DNA of 64,000 nt, taken from assembly GCA_002269645.1 (NCBI GenBank), contig NIVC01001283.1:256491-320490 (forward strand), written 5' to 3'. Of the stretch, positions 39,301 to 50,330 are shown piece after piece. The translations under genes were made by a program, and so were the position numbers. Under the pieces are notes generated by a model, which saw only the letters and a list, made by a program, of their open reading frames with translations, was not told the origin of the DNA and did not search any database. How positions within the stretch are numbered: position 1 is the stretch's first letter; each line of letters begins with the position of its first letter. The stretch is from Macrostomum lignano. Its lineage: Eukaryota.

Positions 39301-41423
39301 AGAGTGCGTGGAGGCAGTAGGAGATAGAGGACGCTACCCGGCATGTCGCAGCACGCGGCGCGGGACAGAGAGGCAGTGTGTAAGTCACCCCCACAAGGAG
39401 AGCTGCCCTGGCAGGAGGCGCGGGACAGAGAGGCGGTGAATCACACCCCACGGAGAGAGCCGTACAGCGAGCTTCCCCACCCGAGTCCGGTAAATATTAC
39501 AGAGTATTACGTGCACACGCCAGCCCTGAATACCAAGCCATACTAGTCTACCTGCAGTGCTCCCAGAGGGAAGGGATGGTCAGGAGTTACACACCAAGAA
39601 TGCATTCATACAAAGAGTACACAACTCGAGCCCAGACACCAAGTCACAGTCTACTTACAGTAGAGATGGTAGATTAATAGCAAGATTATATTACAATTAG
39701 ACCTCCCTAGCACATGAGGAGTGAAATTCAATAATAATTGAATTCAATAATAATACAACATTTAGACGTAGTAATTTAATTACAAAATACCACTAACACT
39801 GAGCCAACGAATTGTAGGTTACAAAGGAGTTGCCACTCATATGGAAAGCCAGTATAATGCAGGTGTATATTATTAAAACATAGACAAAAACGATGCAGAC
39901 GTATATACACACTATTGATTTTGTACATGTACATTTCGGCATATTACCACACATCGCAGGCACATATTATATATCGGGGATAGGTTAAAATACACACATC
40001 GTAGATGTAGAAGCAGACACAATGCAGGAAAATTATGATACGAGTGTACATATTAGTGCGTAAAAGTATCATATTATGACACCCTGTAGCACATATTGAC
40101 ATAATGCAGGGGAAAATATTGACAGAAATAGTACACAATTGTAGAGGTAACAACCCGCCAACTAGTAAGGACATCCAGCACTTGTTCAGGTTTTTATTAT
40201 TTCGAGACGAGTGTCATGCCCCCGCAAGAGATCTTATCAGAAATTTGTTGAACTCCACTGCAACTCTCCCCAGAGCCTCCAAATGTGAGTTTTTAACCCA
40301 GGGTCGAGTACAAAGGACCCGCCCACTCTTAACCCCAAGGGGTGATCGTAGCGGAGACCAAGTACAGTGCGGACGGAGAGGGGTAACAGAAAGCGCTACA
40401 TCAGACCGTAGGGCTGCATTCCTCCCCCGAGGTAGGCGCGTCAGCTCCCACTCCTCATTTAACCATCAAGTAAACTAAAGAAGTCAAGCAGAAAGCCTTA
40501 CAATCACCCGCAACCAGCACAAGTAAGAGTACTTTCCACTAGAGAGCCATAGTGCAAGATTCGCGAGCCAAGTTGAAGAAGCACACCAAATTACACTAAA
40601 GACATATGTATTAAAAAGCATACCGGCACCTCTACAAAAACACAGTATGTACCGATTAAAGTTGCTTTTGGTGCAGTGTATTTAATAAAAAGCAGGTACC
40701 TAACACAAAAGTAGGCATCAATGCAGTGCACGGGCTAAACTGTATTTACAAACGCAGGGCAACGAACTACACACAATGTAGCGCATAGACATAATTGTAC
40801 GCATAAATGTACGCAATTTCCGGTATATAGGACCAAATGTACACAATGTACACAAACACACACACACACACTCAGGCGTATTCACAGCAAGAGCTTCCTG
40901 CCGATGGCGCCATCGCCTGCGGCGATCGGTGCTGCAGGATGCGCTGCAGGATGCGCCTGAGTGTCCACACAGGACACACATATCGGGAGAGTGTACACTC
41001 GGGGCGCCTGCTGCATACATATCGGTGTACATATAGGGAGAGTGCGCATACATATCGGGAGGGGCGCCTGAGGCGGGGAGGGCGCCTGCGGCATACATGT
41101 CGGGGGAGGGCGCGTGCGGTGGGGAGGGGCGCCTGCGGCATGGACGCCTGCTGCTCTGGAGGGTGCGCTTGGGATCTGATTGATTTGGGATCTGATTGAT
41201 TTGGGATCTGATTGATTTGGGATCTGATTGATTTATTGGGATCTAATATCGGGAGGGTGCGCCTGCGGCGCTTGGCGCCACGCGCCTGCGGCGCGCGCGC
41301 GCCGAGCGCCGATATCGATACGGGTATCGATCACCTAGTGATCGGGGCGCCAGCCAATGAGAGGCGAGGAGGGTTGACACCCACCCCCCTCCAAAATCAA
41401 CACATACGGGTTCATATAGTAGT
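36330..41423. mobile_element. Non-autonomous Polinton/Maverick-like element
   Basis: ~450 bp near-identical TIRs (36330-~36778 vs ~40975-41423), termini ACTACT...AGTAGT, 6 bp TSD GAAGTT (36324-36329, 41424-41429); no pPolB or integrase recognised. The structure is certain; the superfamily is inferred. Confidence 0.7.
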
Positions 41424-41652
41424 GAAGTTGAGCAGGATTCTTGCAGCAGAGTCGGAAAGACAAAAACATAAGTGATAAACGCGTTATGTTAAGGCAGAGT
41501 GAAGGTGCAGCAGTGGGAAAAGCAAAAAGCATAAGTGATAAACAGGCAGAGCGAAAGAAAACAGTACTATGAGCAAATAAGCAGGAAGTAATGTAGCAAA
41601 CATGTCAAGTGAGAGAGGAGAGGAGTCATAGCCTTGATCGCCAGAAGAATAT

Positions 41653-41955
41653 CTAAAAATTCATGAAGATTATTGTTCTGTGCAACCGATTCCGCACAGA
41701 TAGACCATGTAGCTTGTCGCGACTGGCCTTTTCGATGTGTTTAGAACGCAGGAGGAAAAAGAATTCGGCAAAGAAGGAAATTAGCTGCGGTCCGTGGTTG
41801 TTGCTTAAACTGTTGCAGGTCAGTGAGTCAATGAGTTGCAAGTCCATTGCCAGCGCGAAAATAGAAGATTTATATTTACTGAGAACATTTTTATCCTGAT
41901 AGGCTTGTCGAATTACAATATCTCTGATGGTTGATGATACGCATCCATTTGACAT
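41653..41955 (-). pseudogene. P/THAP9-like transposase C-terminal remnant
   Basis: HGPQLISFFAEFFFLLRSKHIEK..RTIIFMN resembles the THAP9-family tail; lies inside the P-family TIRs. Confidence 0.45.
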
Positions 41956-42477
41956 CTCCAGCAGATCTTAGTGGCACCCGCGCTCGCCACTCTCTCAGAC
42001 GATCGACGTCCTTGAAAGGCAGACGAAAGAAGGATACAGATGCATCAGAAACGCAGTTATTGCAATTAGCTACCGCGCACTTTAGTGGCTTGGCTGTTGT
42101 TGTTCAGACGTAAGGGCTATATGACATGGCTGTTACGGAGTTGTGTATCGACGACGGCAACTGAGTCTGGTGACTGAGCGATGTTGTCTTGCTTATTTGA
42201 TACATGCATTTTCTAAGTGTGAAATGTCTTATATTTCTGAGCATCGGCTTTGTACACCATTCTAGCCACAACTTGTGCCATAGACTAAAAAGTGTTATGC
42301 TTTTCGTATTGTGCTTTTGGAGACCGTGATGCGCAAAGACCGCTCTTGAATTGTTAAGTTCTTTTGGAGCTCTTGGGCTCTCAGCTTTTCTCAAATTTTA
42401 TTGTCCCATGACTGAGCGTGCGTTTTTGGTCCAAAAAGCGTGCATTAATCTTACAGCCCAACCCTATGCGGCGTAGC

Positions 42478-42555
42478 CAAAAAAGCGTGCAGATAATGAA
42501 AAAAGCGTGCAGATAATGAAAAAAGCGTGCAGATAATGAAAAAGCGTGCAGATAA
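42478..42555. repeat. Four tandem 20 bp repeats AAAAAGCGTGCAGATAATGA
   Basis: Directly visible; single copy at ~44459 near the other end of the element. Confidence 0.9.
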
Positions 42556-42898
42556 TAGCGTACAGCGCCACAAAAAACAGCAGTTTGCAAGTGTGAGTTT
42601 TGGTGTTCGTTGTGTTGGCTGTTTTGGGGGTTGGCCTGCGCTGGGAGGTTGGGCACGCTTTTATTCACCTGAACCTATATTGATCGGAATGTACGCGCGT
42701 ACATAGTGAATGACAAATATATATATATATCGACTAACTTGGCCTTTGAGCCCTCGTACTGATTTTCTCGCAATTCTGGTCTTACACAAGCAACGTTTAT
42801 TAAAACAAAGGGGAAAAACACAGCAAAATTTAACACCGATGCACAGAAACAAAAAGTCAGCAGTAAAACAGATGACAGCAGAAAGGTCGACGAAGATC

Positions 42899-44337
42899 TT
42901 AGATGCGTCCAAACGTGCAGCCGGTGACGTGACCACTGAAATTAAATACAACCTGTGGTACAGGCCCAATAGTATTGGTGGTTGGGGGCTCCGCGATCAC
43001 ACGAGCAGCAGGATCGTCCGTATTCGCCACGGCCCGTCGCGGGACCTTGCACAGAAGCGCCAAAACCTCCTTATCGACGCAGGCCACCTGGTTCGCGTGC
43101 ATCACCGTGTTCAACGACGAGCACATGTCCTGCATCTCGCCAACGCGGCGTGACCCGAATCAAAGGTACCGCTCGACAGAGGCCGTGGCCTTGTGCCCCG
43201 TGACCTTGCAAATGTCGGATACTGAATGGCCGGCCACGGAGAGCTCCTTGATGACGGTGGACCGAACGCAGTGCGCAGTGTAGCGCCGGCTCAAGCTGGC
43301 TGCCTCGCAAATGCGTGGGAAGAGCTCGGCAAAGCCATTAACGCCAATAGGCTGCTTGGGCGAAAACCACGTCCCCTTCTCGAAACCACTAACCTTCGGC
43401 TTCAGGAAGAACGCCACGTCATCGGACGCCTTTTCGCCACAAGATGAAGAGCTAGGAATTGACGCACTTCTCTTCAGGAGGTAAAGTCGGAGGCACTCGA
43501 CCGGGCACTTCACAGGAGACTCGGTCATCACAGCCTCCTTGACATTGTCGCTAGCGGCACGGCCCAAGTCCCTGGCGACATTCTTCACCCGCTTCTCTCG
43601 AAGGCGAACGATCTCGCGACCGTCGGGGGCCTTGTCGAACTCGAAGCTGTCCACCCGCAAATCCCTCAACCACTCTCGACCACGGGTGCCGAAGTAGAAG
43701 ACGACGTTGTAGTACGTCTCATGCAGAAGGCGAGTGGGAGTGCTCCGGTCGAAGTAGTCACCCAGTTTCTGTAGGTCCGATGGCTCCATAGCCTGGAAGT
43801 GGTCCACGCGGCCACCGCGGGCAAAGAAAAGACGCCCACCGGCCTTCAGCATTTGATTTGCAGAGTAGAATCGACCATCGGAAATGATGTTGATGCCCCG
43901 GTTCTTCATCAGGTAGCGGAACAAGGCAGCGCGAATGCACACGAGGCTGCTAGGAGCATACGGCTGGCCATCAGTCTTGCGAAGAGTGCCGTAAAAGTAG
44001 CGCAGGCCAACGCTCAGCTCCTCAGGTTGCGAGGTGTCCAAATCGACGCGCAGGTGCGGATACTTGGCCAAGAAATCGCGAAATTTCGCGACGTATTGAG
44101 CCTCATGCTTCTTAGACGATTTACATCGGTCTCTTGCTCCAGCGCCCGGATTGATGCGTCAAGGTCGATCGAGGCCAAGTCGTCGTTCAAATCAAGGATG
44201 GAGTCGAATAGGCGGTTCAGCTCCTCGTTGTCGTCCACACTAGTTGCTTGGAGACGTAACTGCTCGTCCACAAGCTTCTCAACGTCGGCCCACTCAAAAT
44301 GGTGGGAGATCTCACCGGCCGTCATGCCGCTTCTCAT
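42899..44337 (-). pseudogene. Tyrosine recombinase (Crypton/DUF3504-type) with one frameshift and one premature stop
   Basis: Catalytic R (GTRGRE), HxxR (TAHCVRST) and Y (TGHKATASVERY) present; frameshift near 44075; TGA at 43160-43162 reads through in frame to 42899. Confidence 0.88.
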
Positions 44338-44542
44338 GCCGTTAGGAAATAATGAATCCATATGGGGCCAAACTCACGATCAGAAGCTTGTGCATAGCAA
44401 GAAATTGTCTATGGTCACTAAGAAAATGTCTATGGTAGGAACTCCTAGCTGCAGGAACAAAAAGCGTGCAGATAATAAAGTACAGTGCTGTGACAAAGAA
44501 TTTTTTCAACGCACGCTCAGTCATGGGACAATATGCCTACTA

Positions 44543-46084
44543 TTGGTTTTTGCATGCTAAGTGAGACATTTTTCAAGCAATCTGAGACTGAATAGCAAAA
44601 ACACTATTGTCTATGGCCACCCCTCGCTGCAGCCCAGCTTTTTGGGCGCGCCTTGCAAGTAAAGTGAGACATTTTTTTCAAGCTAAGTGAGAACCATATT
44701 GAAAAAAGGGGTGGTTTTACGAAATTACAAAATGATGTACTGTCGGAAACTATATATTTAGAAAAGGATACGCAGGAACACAACAAAACAAGCGGTACAA
44801 AAATTGTTGATAATGTTATAAGCGTTCAAATAAAGGGTTGCATGTTGATACACTGAGCAAACTTTCGAGTGCAGTGGAGCTCCCAGCCTGCGATCTTGTG
44901 CGGAGTAATGACATGCAGCGATTCTCTTCCAAGCCGATCCATCAGCATGTATCGCCAATCATCTCGTGTCATGCCTGGTGGGCAACCGTTTTCCTCAGCC
45001 ACGATTGCGGGCTCTACAAGGCGACGCTTAATCTCACTCTTAAGAACGTTGTGCGCCATGCCATCTCCACGGGATTCAAAAACGGCGAGTACGCCGGTAA
45101 GATTTGCAGACGAATGAGATCCTCAAACTGCTCAGGTATCTCAATCCCTTGGTGAAAATTTGGACCATCGAAAATGAGAATAACTCGTCTGCCAGGAGCA
45201 TCGGCCTGTATGATGTTAGCCAGTTCCAAAATAAACTGCTGAAATCTCTCTCGTGTTTGACCACCTCGCTGCAGCGTACAGTGGACAAGACCCAGTTCAG
45301 ATGACACTGCTAAGCACATCGTCATGTTGGGACCCCTCTGCGTTACCACCGTTCGTCGCACAGGCTGGCCAACTCTTGCTCGACCCTGCGTCCTTCTCGT
45401 CCATAGGTTGTAGCCAGTCTCATCGATAAACACAGCCAGGTCATTCACAGGCAGTCCCGTCATCATCATAGCATAGTCGCGCCTCGCTTGTATCACATCC
45501 TGTGTATTCGCAGCAAGCCTCACGTCGGCATCCTTGGTGGCGACTTTCAGTGAGATAAGCATGGAGCTCATCGCTCTAGCAATGGTGGATTCAGAGATAG
45601 CCGGCTTTTGTGGCAACTCCAAAGTTAGTTTTCTCTGCACATCCGTCAGAGTAACATAGGGATTTTGCTCAACTATCTGCTCAACGGCGTTCCGCATTTC
45701 AGCATCCATTTTTGTTGACCCCGGCTTGCGGCCACCGCGTTGCAACGCATGGAATTCACCAGTAGCTGCGTAGCGACTCCATATCCGATAGGCCGTCTTC
45801 TTGTTCAGATTAAGGATTTTGGACGCAGTCGAAATTGAGTAACCATCTTCGACGGCATTGACCAGGCGCTCTCTATCCTCGTTGCTTGTTAGACGCAGTT
45901 GATTTGCCATAGCCCAGCCTTTGTTTTCAACATGGTTCTCACTTAGCTTTAAAAATTTCTCACTTTGCTTGCAAGGCGATCCCAAAAAGCTGGGCTGCAG
46001 CGAGGGGTGGCCATAGACAATAGTGTTTTTGCTATTCAGTCTCAGATTGCTTGAAAAATGTCTCACTTAGCATGCAAAAACCAA
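44543..46084 (-). mobile_element. IS630/Tc1-like transposon A
   Basis: ~165 bp TIRs TTGGTTTTTGCATGCTAAG, TA flanks; transposase from ATG 45910 with FIDETGYN / FDGPNFH / PAYSPFLNPVE; a 5 bp duplication (GCCAT) near 45060 frameshifts the C-terminus. Confidence 0.93.
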
Positions 46085-46151
46085 TACTAGGCTTACTCGT
46101 GCGATAATAGTCTATGGCACTCGTGCGCTTCGCGCACTCGAGCCAAGACTA

Positions 46152-47739
46152 TTGGTTTTTGCGAGCTATCTCAGCCAAGGAGCAAGCAAACTCATCCATC
46201 CCATAGATTTCAATACGACGAAGGAGGTGGTTTGAACCATAGACTATCACGTTTTTTCAACCAAACTCATCCAACGGGCGAGCAATTTCAGCCATAGCTT
46301 GTTTATTAAGCGAAAAATTTAATTGGTTCGTATATAAGAGACTTTATGATAGAGCAGCACATCAGAACACAGGAAATTGACTAACGGAACAAACAAATGA
46401 CTCACTAAATAAGCACTGGTTGCATCTGATGCACGGTGTCAATTTGTCAGCTAGTCTCATTAGACAAAGGGCTGCTGCTGGATGCACTGAGCATAATTTC
46501 TGCCGCAATGAATTTCCCAGCGAGCCACCTTCAGTGGTGTCACCGTGTCCAAGGCAATGCGGCCAAGTCGCTCCAACAGAATACAGCGCCACTCGGTACG
46601 GTTCATTCCATCCGGAATTCCACCAGCTTCCTCTTCCACCAGGGCAGGATTGACCAGCTGCCGTCTGATGTCAGCCTTCACCGCGCTATGCGCCATTTCG
46701 CATGGGTTTAGGAACGGCGAATAGGCAGGAAGCAGCTGCAGTGAAATCCTCGGCTGATGATTCTGTGGCACGATGACTCCACGGTGGAAGGTCGGCCCGT
46801 CACAGACAATTACAATTCTCGCATTGTTAACCTGGCCTTGGACTTGCTCCACTAGCTCGTTTACAAACTGTTGAAACCGCGGCCGCGTTTGGCCTCCTCG
46901 GAAGATCTCACTCTTGACCAAACCCAGCGCAGAGGAGACGGCAAGGCAAATGGTCAAATTTGGTCCTCTCTGAGTGGTGCAGATGCGACGCACAGGCTGA
47001 CCTCTGATTGCTCGGCCTTGTGACCTTCGGCTCCACAAGTTATATCCAGTCTCATCGATGTACACCACCACGGCATCGTGTGGCAGCGTCGTCATCATCT
47101 GGGCATAGTCGCGTCGTCGGGCAAGCACTTCATCCGAGTTGGCTTGCAGGCGAATGTCCGCGTCCTTAGTCGCAATTTTGAATGTGTACAGAGAGCCCTG
47201 CAGTGCTCTGTGCACAGTCGTGGTCGACACCACGGGTTTGTTTGGCAGTCTTTCGTGCAGCTGCTGACACATGGTCTCGAGTGTTGCAAACGGATTGGCA
47301 TCCACAATGCGAGTCAACTCTTGGCGCATTTCTGCGTCAATCTTGCTTGATTCCTCCCGTATTCCGCCACGTTGGAGAGCAGCAATTCTTCCAGTAGCTA
47401 CGTAAGTCCGAATTATATGTCTGGACGTCTTCAGCTTTATCCCGAGAATGCGTGAAGCAGTGCTCAAATTTTGTCCGTCATTCCGGCCATGCGTTGATTA
47501 GCTTCTCTCTGTCGGAGTTGGATGTTTGTCGCAACTGAGCCATCGGAGGAGGAGGAAAGAAAGAAGGGAAGAGGAAATGAATGGGCAGACAAGCTATGGC
47601 TGAGATTGCTCGCCCGTTGGATGAGTTTGGTTGAAAAAACGTGATAGTCTATGGTTCAAACCACCTCCTTCGTCGTATTGAAATCTATGGGATGGATGAG
47701 TTTGCTTGCTCCTTGGCTGAGATAGCTCGCAAAAACCAA
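46152..47739 (-). mobile_element. IS630/Tc1-like transposon B
   Basis: ~165 bp TIRs TTGGTTTTTGCGAGCTATCTC, TA flanks; 335 aa frame 46460-47467 with YIDETGYN / CDGPTFH / PAYSPFLNPCE; first ~20 codons out of frame near 47490. Confidence 0.93.
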
Positions 47740-48066
47740 TATTATCGCACTCGAAAGCCTAGTAGTAATCTAAATATACTAAATCTCTAATATTTGTTTG
47801 TTTGTATGCTTGTCCATAATCTTACATTAACTATGTTTAAGAGAGTCGAGCTCTACTGGCTCAAGCAGCCGTTAGCTGCCTACACAGCCATAGACAAAAA
47901 TGAACTGAATTACGCTCGAAAATACAAGTGAAGCTCGCAATAAGTTTGCTGTGCTCAACCCACAGCAAAAAGCTTGGTGACCGGAGGGGGTTGGTGGATT
48001 CTAAAAATCGGACTCAGATTTTCATCCTTATTGGCACTCTATACTTGGCGACCTCAATACTCTTTG

Positions 48067-48822
48067 GACAAGAGCCAGAGTGAATGGCGCTGTGTCGTTT
48101 CTGTTGGGAGAGCGAAACCCCTATATATCGTTCCAGAGCCGCGCTGCTGTGCCCAGTGACACGTGCAATATCTGCACGCTGTACTCCCGCCTCATTAAGT
48201 GTAGTCGCACACGTCTTGTGCAGGCTAGCGGCCTGTCGGCTCCTAGGACGCCCGTAGCCCATAGCTTGTCTTCGACACTTGACGGGATCGGCTCAGCCCA
48301 CCGGAGTCCAGAGCCCTTGCCGTCGCGCGTGCTAAAATTCATAGAGGCATCCAAAGCGCGTCTAGAGTCAGCAAACTCCTGGTCCCTTCACAGGCTCCAC
48401 GTCTGCTTGCACTGATTCACGATATAATACTGAATCATGCTGAAGAAATCCTTTAGCGACGAGGCAGAATAGCGTTCACCATTCTTATTACGCACTTTCA
48501 ACATGAAGAATCGCAGGACATAGTTTAGATCACTCTTGCTCATGTCTTTAAGATCTTTCAGAACCATCAAGTTCATCACACTCCCATTTGCCTAATGCTG
48601 CTTCTTCAGTGCATGCCAGGCACTGAAGGTGTTGACCATCTGTAGAAAAGTCAATGCCGCGATATTGTGCTAGGCAGGCATGAAAAATAACTCAAGGCCC
48701 GCTTGCACTTAGCAGGGCCGACTTATATATTTGGCTATGACTAATTGCGTAATAAATCAATTATTGAAGTGGTTGGCTGTACGTACTTGTACGGGGCAGT
48801 GATAGCGCCGGACCAAGTGAGC

Positions 48823-48884
<62 letters not shown>

Positions 48885-48980
48885 CAGATGTACACTGCCC
48901 CACACCATCCATTCGCATTTCTTCTTCGTCGTTACTGGAGTCACTGCGTCAATTGCATCAAAGACGTCCTGCTCATTCAT
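48067..48980 (-). pseudogene. Crypton/DUF3504-type YR gene, main part
   Basis: DAVTPVTTKKKCEW; LNYVLRFFMLKVRNKNGERYSASSL; AEPIPSSVEDKLWATGVLG; IARVTGHSSAALERY; contains a (GA)n tract at ~48822-48883. Confidence 0.8.
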
Positions 48981-49216
48981 AGACGCCGCATTCGGTTCAG
49001 CAGATTGAATTTGTCAACAGTTAAATTTGTTTCAGTGAGGCTTTCCTGCTATTTATCTGTCGTCTGTCTGTCTTTATAAAATATGTATACAGTATTGATG
49101 TCTATGGCCAATTTGCGGGTTGTAGTTAAATACAACCCGGAGATTTCTTACTAGCTGTTATATAAATTAGCGGGTTGCATTTCGTACAAACAAACAAGCA
49201 AGATTTTCATTTCTAG

Positions 49217-49345
49217 TATATGGATTTAAGTGAGATGACACAGAGTTGAGGGATGTATTTTTCTTAAACCCCTCGGGCCTTCGGCCTTCGGCCCTCGGTG
49301 CTAAAATAAATACATCCCTCAACTCTATTTGTTATCTTATACATA
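49217..49345. repeat. Imperfect hairpin element with GC-rich centre
   Basis: Arms AGAGTTGAGGGATGTATTT / AAATACATCCCTCAACTCT around CCTCGGGCCTTCGGCCTTCGGCCCTCGG. Confidence 0.8.
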
Positions 49346-50135
49346 TCCTGCTTGACCTCAAAACCATAACTTTTGGCTCTCTGAAGATCAGCCATCATGT
49401 TCTTGATCTTCGATGGTGATAAAGCGTAGGACATCCTTCCTTCAGAATCCTTGACTACAACCAATTCCTTAGGTCGTTGCAGTTACGGAAATCTCTCTCA
49501 AAATGTTACTTTAAAAAGTTTCAATGCATTGAATTTTTACTTATAGTAGTGTTTTATGCTAAAATTTGCCGATTTTAAATAAAATATACTATAAAGATAT
49601 TACGGTACAAAATAAGCCCTGATACAGCTAAATGTATTTCAGTCAGTAAAACCCCACATTAGGGCTAAAATAGCAATTTAAAATATGTAAAAAGTTCGAC
49701 AAATACGAGCTTTTACGAGAGTTGTTCTAAAAATAGCCGAGTTTAGTAGTGCAGTCGGCAGCAGTAGCTGGGTTAACACCCAAACTATCGCCCCTGTCCG
49801 TACCAGACGTCTACGAATTCTCGACTACCAGTAAATTGCACTCTGAAACAGTTTGGCGAAAACAAATGCAGTAAAACAATAAACACTTTTTTTGCCTGAA
49901 ATGTGTGAGAATTCAGACAATAAAGTTTTTTATCGCATATATACATATTTGAGCACTGCTCAGCTAATAGGTAAACAACACGAAACAATTCAAGCAGAGG
50001 GGACGCTGTAAATTTCGATCGAGGCCTGTTTCCGCAACAACACTATGTAGGCTCCCCTAAGCATCAGCGAGACGGGAGTTTTTACCTTCTTAACACTAAA
50101 TTTACAAAATCAAACCTCAATGCATTCCGATCGAA

Positions 50136-50330
50136 GGGGTTGTAGCCTAGTGGTCAGAGCGTCGGTCTCACAACTGAAAGGTCTGGGTTCGATTCTCGAC
50201 CCACTTAGGACAATTTGTGTCCTTGAGCAAGACACTTAACTCTGCATTGCTTCAGTTCACCCAGCTGGAAAATGGGTGCCAGCATTAGCTGGGGTAATTG
50301 AGGGTGTGTGGCGACCCCCCCTTCCCCCAG
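50136..50330 (+). mobile_element. tRNA-derived SINE with CORE-like domain
   Basis: A box TAGCCTAGTGG, B box GGTTCGATTC, followed by GTGTCCTTGAGCAAGACACTTAAC..CAGTTCACCCAGCTGGAAAATGGG. Confidence 0.75.

Larger units (their letters stand above)
42399..44533 (-). mobile_element. Crypton-like YR element with 26 bp TIRs
   Basis: TATTGTCCCATGACTGAGCGTGCGTT at 42399-42424 and its exact reverse complement at 44508-44533; no TSD; YR gene inside. Confidence 0.85.
36031..48066. mobile_element. 12 kb composite P-family element with nested insertions
   Basis: TIR CAAAGAGTATTGAGGTCGCC at both ends; 8 bp TSD GACAAGAG (36023-36030, 48067-48074); same ends as the MITE at 51539-52045. Confidence 0.88.

Noticed and set aside
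40104-40478. Protein gene inside the Polinton-like element
   Set aside because: A 124 aa frame with no recognisable domain; could be a chance ORF.
43799-44560. Plus-strand ORFs 19844-20482, 27426-27923 and 43799-44560
   Set aside because: Antisense shadows of minus-strand transposon genes, with no recognisable motifs.
44543-47739. Fanzor/TnpB RNA-guided nuclease associated with the IS630-like elements
   Set aside because: Each element is ~1.55 kb and fully accounted for by TIRs plus transposase; no RuvC-like ORF is present.
50136-50205. Functional tRNA gene
   Set aside because: It has A and B boxes but poor acceptor and anticodon stems and runs into a CORE-like SINE body.
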